A stretch of 64,000 nucleotides of DNA from Flectonema sp. DT1601 (Eukaryota): the NCBI GenBank assembly GCA_964019425.1, contig OZ025801.1, positions 930,001 to 994,000 on the forward strand, read 5' to 3'. This document shows positions 59,594-64,000 of this stretch, piece by piece. Positions within the stretch are counted from its first letter, which is position 1, and every line of letters starts with the position of its first letter. The position numbers and the translations under genes are program-made. The notes below the pieces were generated by a model, which did not search any database, was not told the DNA's origin, and saw only the letters and a list, made by a program, of their open reading frames with translations.

Positions 59594-60713
59594 GAGTTTG
59601 ACCGTGGCTTGCGGTTGTTTCTAAATTTCTTGGCACGGGTTGCCAAGGCGGAATGCTGGATGAACTTTCAGTTCTGACCAGCTTTACTTTAGGTTTTCTA
59701 AAGTCTTTAATTTTTGTCTGTGTTTCTTTCTTTTTTTATTTTTATAGTTTTTTTTTTTTAAAGTTTTTTTTCATTCCCCTTCCCAACTTTTTTTTTTTCC
59801 TTTTTTGGTTTATGGACCAAATAGTTACTTCAAAAGGCAAAGGTAAGCATCACATCACTATTTGCTGTACCTTTAACAGATGTTGAATTATTGTTTTACG
59901 TTATGATCTACGTTGTGTTTTGCAAATTATCCCCCCCTCTTTGTTTGCAATTTGAAAACAAGTTTGGCAACCCGCCTTTTCTTGCAAAATAAAATTATGT
60001 GTCTCTCAGTAATTGCACATTATACAAAGGGGAAACGTATTTAGCAAAGTGCATTTGGCACGGCACGCCTGGCAATACTATTTTATCACAATGCGTGTTA
60101 AACGCGAAAAGTAATAGCTAGTAACTTATGGCACTACAATTGTAAAAAACAGAGTGAAAAAAAAAAAAAGGGAACGGTAGCCTTAACAAGGAATCGGTCA
60201 GTCCGTTTAAAAAAAAAAAAAAAAAAAAGGAAAATTAAAAATTTTCTTTTTTGATTTGAATTTGAATAACAAGTTGTTTTTTTTTTGGATAATTTATCTT
60301 AGTTTTGGTATCCTTTCTCGTCGATTCCAAAGAAAAAAAAAAAAAAAAGTAATCAGTTCACACAGCGGAATCAAAAAAACAAAAAAAAAACAAAGCAAAA
60401 GTAATATTTTGTTGACCAAATGATTCTAATTTTTTTTTTCTTCTTTTTTCTTTCTTTCTTTTTGTTTGACAGGCAACCATGTCAGTATCACGTTATTATT
60501 AGTGTTTTGAGCTCCCCTTTTCAAAAAAAAAAAAAAAAAAAAAAACCATTCTATACTGGCCGATGTTGGTCTTTCGTTCAGATGATCTTCTCCTGTTTAT
60601 ATAAAAAAACTTAATTTATTCACTTAAAACAGGAATCTTAAATGTGAAAAAAAAAAAGAAAAAAAAAAAAAAAAGTAAACTTAAAAACATAAATCATCCG
60701 AGCCAATGATAAG

Positions 60714-62351
60714 ATGAAGTTATTAAAAGAACTGAAGGATAGTTATAACAAGAGTAAGAAATGGATTTACCGACTGCAGTCAGGAATCAATCGAGGTCGC
60801 TATGTTAATACAAATTTATACGGAAAATATATTAAAGATTTATTGTTTTTAGACGGAACAAGTGAAATATCAATAGGGATTTCAGTCAACTTATTTCACT
60901 GGTGGTTGGAAGGACGTCACTGTACCAGCACTCTGAGAAAAATTTTATTCATCGAGATTTGTGTTGATCAGGTTATTTTATGTACCTCACAAGGAGTTGT
61001 AAGGCTACCCGTTCCAATAACTTTTTCAATGAAGAATTTTTTATCCGTCGTCAAACATGTTGCTGTCAGGATACAATACTCAAACACGTTGTTGGTTAGC
61101 GAACAACCTCCTGTTTCAGAGGTCGGGGTTCTAATTACTAACAGAGCAACTCCATTCAATCAAAACTTGCCAACAATAACAAAGTCATCCATCATGTCGT
61201 CAACAGTCGTTCATATTTGTGTTGAAAATGAAGTTGTTCTGGCAGAACATGATAGTGATGTGAGCTCTTGTTGTAGTTCATCAGAAATATGTCAACAAAA
61301 GAATAGAAATTTATCGTGCGATTATCAACTTGGTATTCCACACCTCAGTATAACAACTGAAGACTCAACATGTCGTTACTCAGCGAAGGATTCTCCTTCG
61401 TCTTCTTCTTCATGTGTCACAGTCAGTACAGAGACTGTGGATGTTGTTTGCAATCAACGTCTTCATTCAGAAGATAGTCTGAAAGGTGATAGTGTCGTTG
61501 ATACACCACGAAGTGTTCAACAACTACTTTCTACATCTACTGCAATGGTCGTTACTTCAAACGGTTCACATAAAGTACTCGAAGAACATAATAATAAGAA
61601 GTCAAGGATATTAATTACAAATAATGTAGTCCCAGAAGAGATAAAACCACATCCTGAGAGTGGTCCAGTACGAATGGAGTACTCGAATGACCTACACATC
61701 CCTGTGAGTGATGAGATACCTCAACCTGAGGATGTACAACTTGAGAGATCTAACTCTCTGAAGGGATCTAGCGATTCGTTAGCTGACTACCCTCCTTCGA
61801 TATCACTTGTTGAAGAAAACAAGGCAGAGGTGGAAGGAGATAAAGAACGCTGCTCTGTTAATGTACCTGTTGAGGTAGCAGTAGAGGGAGGAGATAAAGA
61901 ACGCTGCTCTGTTAATGTACCTGTTGAGGTAGCAGTAGAGGGAGGAGATAAAGAACGCTGCTCTGTTAATGTACCTGTTGAGATAGCAGCCACGAACTTC
62001 CATCCTGTGACGCAGTCAACATGTGTGGCAGCAACGACTGTAAGTAGTGAGAATGATATTAACTGTTACAACCTGATTAGTAACAACCTGATTAGTAACA
62101 ACCTGCTTACAACAACTCACTCGTCGACTACCAACAGTAGAACTTCATCTGAGATTGGAGGACATCCTTCTGTTGGACTTCTAAGTTCTCATCACACTGT
62201 TGTTACAGATGTTGAGACGCCTGTTTGGGAAAGTGAACCACTTCAGGTTCCGATTGGTGGTACACATTATGAGAGATTACGTTTTTGGGAAATTAAAACA
62301 CTTTTAGCTCGGCATTCAAAAGAATCACAGTGGAAATCACCACAGCGATGA
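60714..62351 (+). CDS. Hypothetical Ser/Thr-rich protein, up to 545 aa, with internal repeats
   Basis: Long ORF with no recognised domain. Start uncertain. Confidence 0.55.
   Translation: MKLLKELKDSYNKSKKWIYRLQSGINRGRYVNTNLYGKYIKDLLFLDGTSEISIGISVNLFHWWLEGRHCTSTLRKILFIEICVDQVILCTSQGVVRLPVPITFSMKNFLSVVKHVAVRIQYSNTLLVSEQPPVSEVGVLITNRATPFNQNLPTITKSSIMSSTVVHICVENEVVLAEHDSDVSSCCSSSEICQQKNRNLSCDYQLGIPHLSITTEDSTCRYSAKDSPSSSSSCVTVSTETVDVVCNQRLHSEDSLKGDSVVDTPRSVQQLLSTSTAMVVTSNGSHKVLEEHNNKKSRILITNNVVPEEIKPHPESGPVRMEYSNDLHIPVSDEIPQPEDVQLERSNSLKGSSDSLADYPPSISLVEENKAEVEGDKERCSVNVPVEVAVEGGDKERCSVNVPVEVAVEGGDKERCSVNVPVEIAATNFHPVTQSTCVAATTVSSENDINCYNLISNNLISNNLLTTTHSSTTNSRTSSEIGGHPSVGLLSSHHTVVTDVETPVWESEPLQVPIGGTHYERLRFWEIKTLLARHSKESQWKSPQR
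61836..61989 (+). repeat. 54-nt in-frame tandem repeat x~3 (GDKERCSVNVPVEVAVEG)
   Basis: Units start at 61836, 61890 and 61944 and are essentially identical. Confidence 0.95.
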
Positions 62352-62791
62352 TTAAATACATCATTGCTGTGGTGATTTCCATCATCGTTTTCAGGTATTG
62401 TGATACTGTGATGGATTCACTCAAGCTGCGTTGTAATCAATTCACTTACGACCCTGTATACTCCTTCGGGAGTGTTTTTAGCTTATTTTTCTTTTTCTGT
62501 AAAGTTAATTCCCCTTTAGTCAAGTCAGTTTACCAATAGTGTTGCACACCTTTTCGTGAACGTAAGGAAGGTTGGCAAGTTCAGTAATTGTTAATTCTTA
62601 CTTACCAGTTTTGTTAAGTTACGTAAAGCAAAGCAAAAAAAAAAAAAACAACAAACGATTCGAACGTTCTTTTGTTTTTAATTCATGTTAATATGTTATT
62701 TGTGTTTTTGTTGTAATTATTTCCTTGTAAAATGGTCGACTATTTCGACTCACTGTCGTCGTACTTTCAATAATTCGATTGCTTAATTTTG

Positions 62792-63110
62792 CAGGTGAGT
62801 GTTTTTTTTTTTTCCCCCTTCCCACCCTCTCTTACTATTCTCTGAATTTAAAAAAGATTGTGCAGTTGTTGAGGCTTATGATATTTCCCTTCAATTTGGT
62901 AAATAACTATTTCGTGGCCTTGTCTGTATTTCTCTTTTTGATACAGGTGAGAGTTTCTTTTTCCCTTGTTTTTTTTCCTTCCCCTCTCTTATTGTTTTTT
63001 GAATTAAAAAGACTGTGCCGATGTACCTCATTTTGTTTACTTTACAAGGCTTACGATATTTTCTGCTATTTTGATAAATTAGTGGCCTTATCTGTCTTTT
63101 TTTTGATACA
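62792..63110. repeat. Degenerate tandem duplication, ~150-165 nt unit
   Basis: Blocks CAGGTGAG, CCCTCTCTTA, GAATT..AAAAAGA.TGTGC, AGGCTTA.GATATTT, GTGGCCTT.TCTGT and TTTTGATACA recur in the same order from 62792 and from 62944. Confidence 0.8.
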
Positions 63111-63343
63111 AAATTATGTTTCTTCTTTTCCTGCTCATTTTTATTCTTCTTCTTGGTATTCAACTTGTTGTTTATCATAGAGTTAAAGGATAAACTTTTT
63201 CAACTCACGTAGCCTTATCAAATTTTTATAGTATTCTTTCGTGCAATAAGCACAATCTCATTCACGAAAATAATTTTTTTTCCCCTCGAAGAAACATTTT
63301 AAGTTACCTTTTATGAGGAAAAAAAAAAAAAAAAAAAGGGTTA

Positions 63344-63498
63344 TGGCCCAAAATACCCCACCTGGTGGCCCAAAATACCCCGAAGTGGCCCAAAATACCC
63401 CAAAGTGGCCCAAAATACCCCAAAGTGGCCCAAAATACCCCAAAGTGGCCCAAAATACCCCAAAGTGGCCCAAAATACCCCGAAGTGGCCCAAAACCC
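63344..63498. repeat. 20-nt minisatellite GTGGCCCAAAATACCCC(A/G)AA, six full units plus flanking variants
   Basis: Exact period of 20 from 63365 to 63484. Confidence 0.97.
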
Positions 63499-64000
63499 GG
63501 TCTGGCTGTGCACCCTGGGGTCCCAACCACATAGCTGGGTATGAGGATGGGTCACAGTCACCAGGTATTACTCATACAACCATCAGGGTTTAGAGCATCA
63601 CAAGCACCAGACAGGTCACCTAAATTTACTCGAAAGTTTGGGCAATTCGAACGTCAGCATTCACATTAGCAAGCAACCAGTCCTGAGTACTTAAAGAACC
63701 CAACCATTACGTGTATCAGCCACAGTCACACTTAGTATAGCGTTAGTACAGAGGACACGGATCTGCTATGCAGGGAAGTGACTTGAACTCGTTCAACTAA
63801 TTAATGTGTGCAGATATAAGCGCTGCGAATTGACGGGTCTGAAGTTATGCTTTCCGAAGAGAGCAACCACCCACGCGAGTGTTATTTTGACGCCATAACC
63901 TGTAGCTTTCAACACATAACAACCAGGGATAATTCTCAGTAAGGCCGCCGTCACCGTGAAGCTGCTACGAATATAACTCAGCAAACTAGCAATTCCTCCA

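Noticed and set aside
63344..63498. CRISPR-like array or repeat-encoded peptides
   Set aside because: Head-to-tail 20-mers with no unique spacers, no cas genes, and a eukaryotic context. The ORFs are translation artefacts.
1..64000. Stop-codon reassignment or frameshifted pseudogenes
   Set aside because: All three stops end genes, and every apparent break is explained by a GT-AG intron.

Overview
Eukaryotic protist genomic DNA with AT-rich, homopolymer-rich spacers and the standard code (TAA, TAG and TGA all act as stops). All 27 gene models I can support lie on the + strand. Many have an AG a few to ~25 nt before the ATG (probable spliced-leader trans-splice acceptors). I reconstructed 24 GT-AG cis introns by eye. 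This combination, plus a kinetoplastid-type acylated calpain-like gene, suggests a euglenozoan, most plausibly a diplonemid (inference). Bases 1-19.8 kb hold a tandem array of six near-identical secreted right-handed beta-helix (GH141-like) genes with patchy mosaic divergence, followed by a secreted PA-domain/PNGase F-type gene. The rest is mostly housekeeping genes: WWE-WWE-PNKP, M16 core/MPP-alpha-like, ArfGAP, twin-CX9C protein, LRAT-domain protein, ALG9, AP-3 mu, NDUFAF7/MidA, PITH protein, ZBBX-like, amidoligase, calpain-like, BolA-like, COPI-associated, gamma-CA-like and PP4R3. The window ends in a 20-nt minisatellite. Most notable: cis introns with A-rich instead of pyrimidine-rich 3' ends, a PNKP with tandem WWE domains, and the diversifying beta-helix array beside a PNGase. 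All family calls come from motif recognition; no database search was run.
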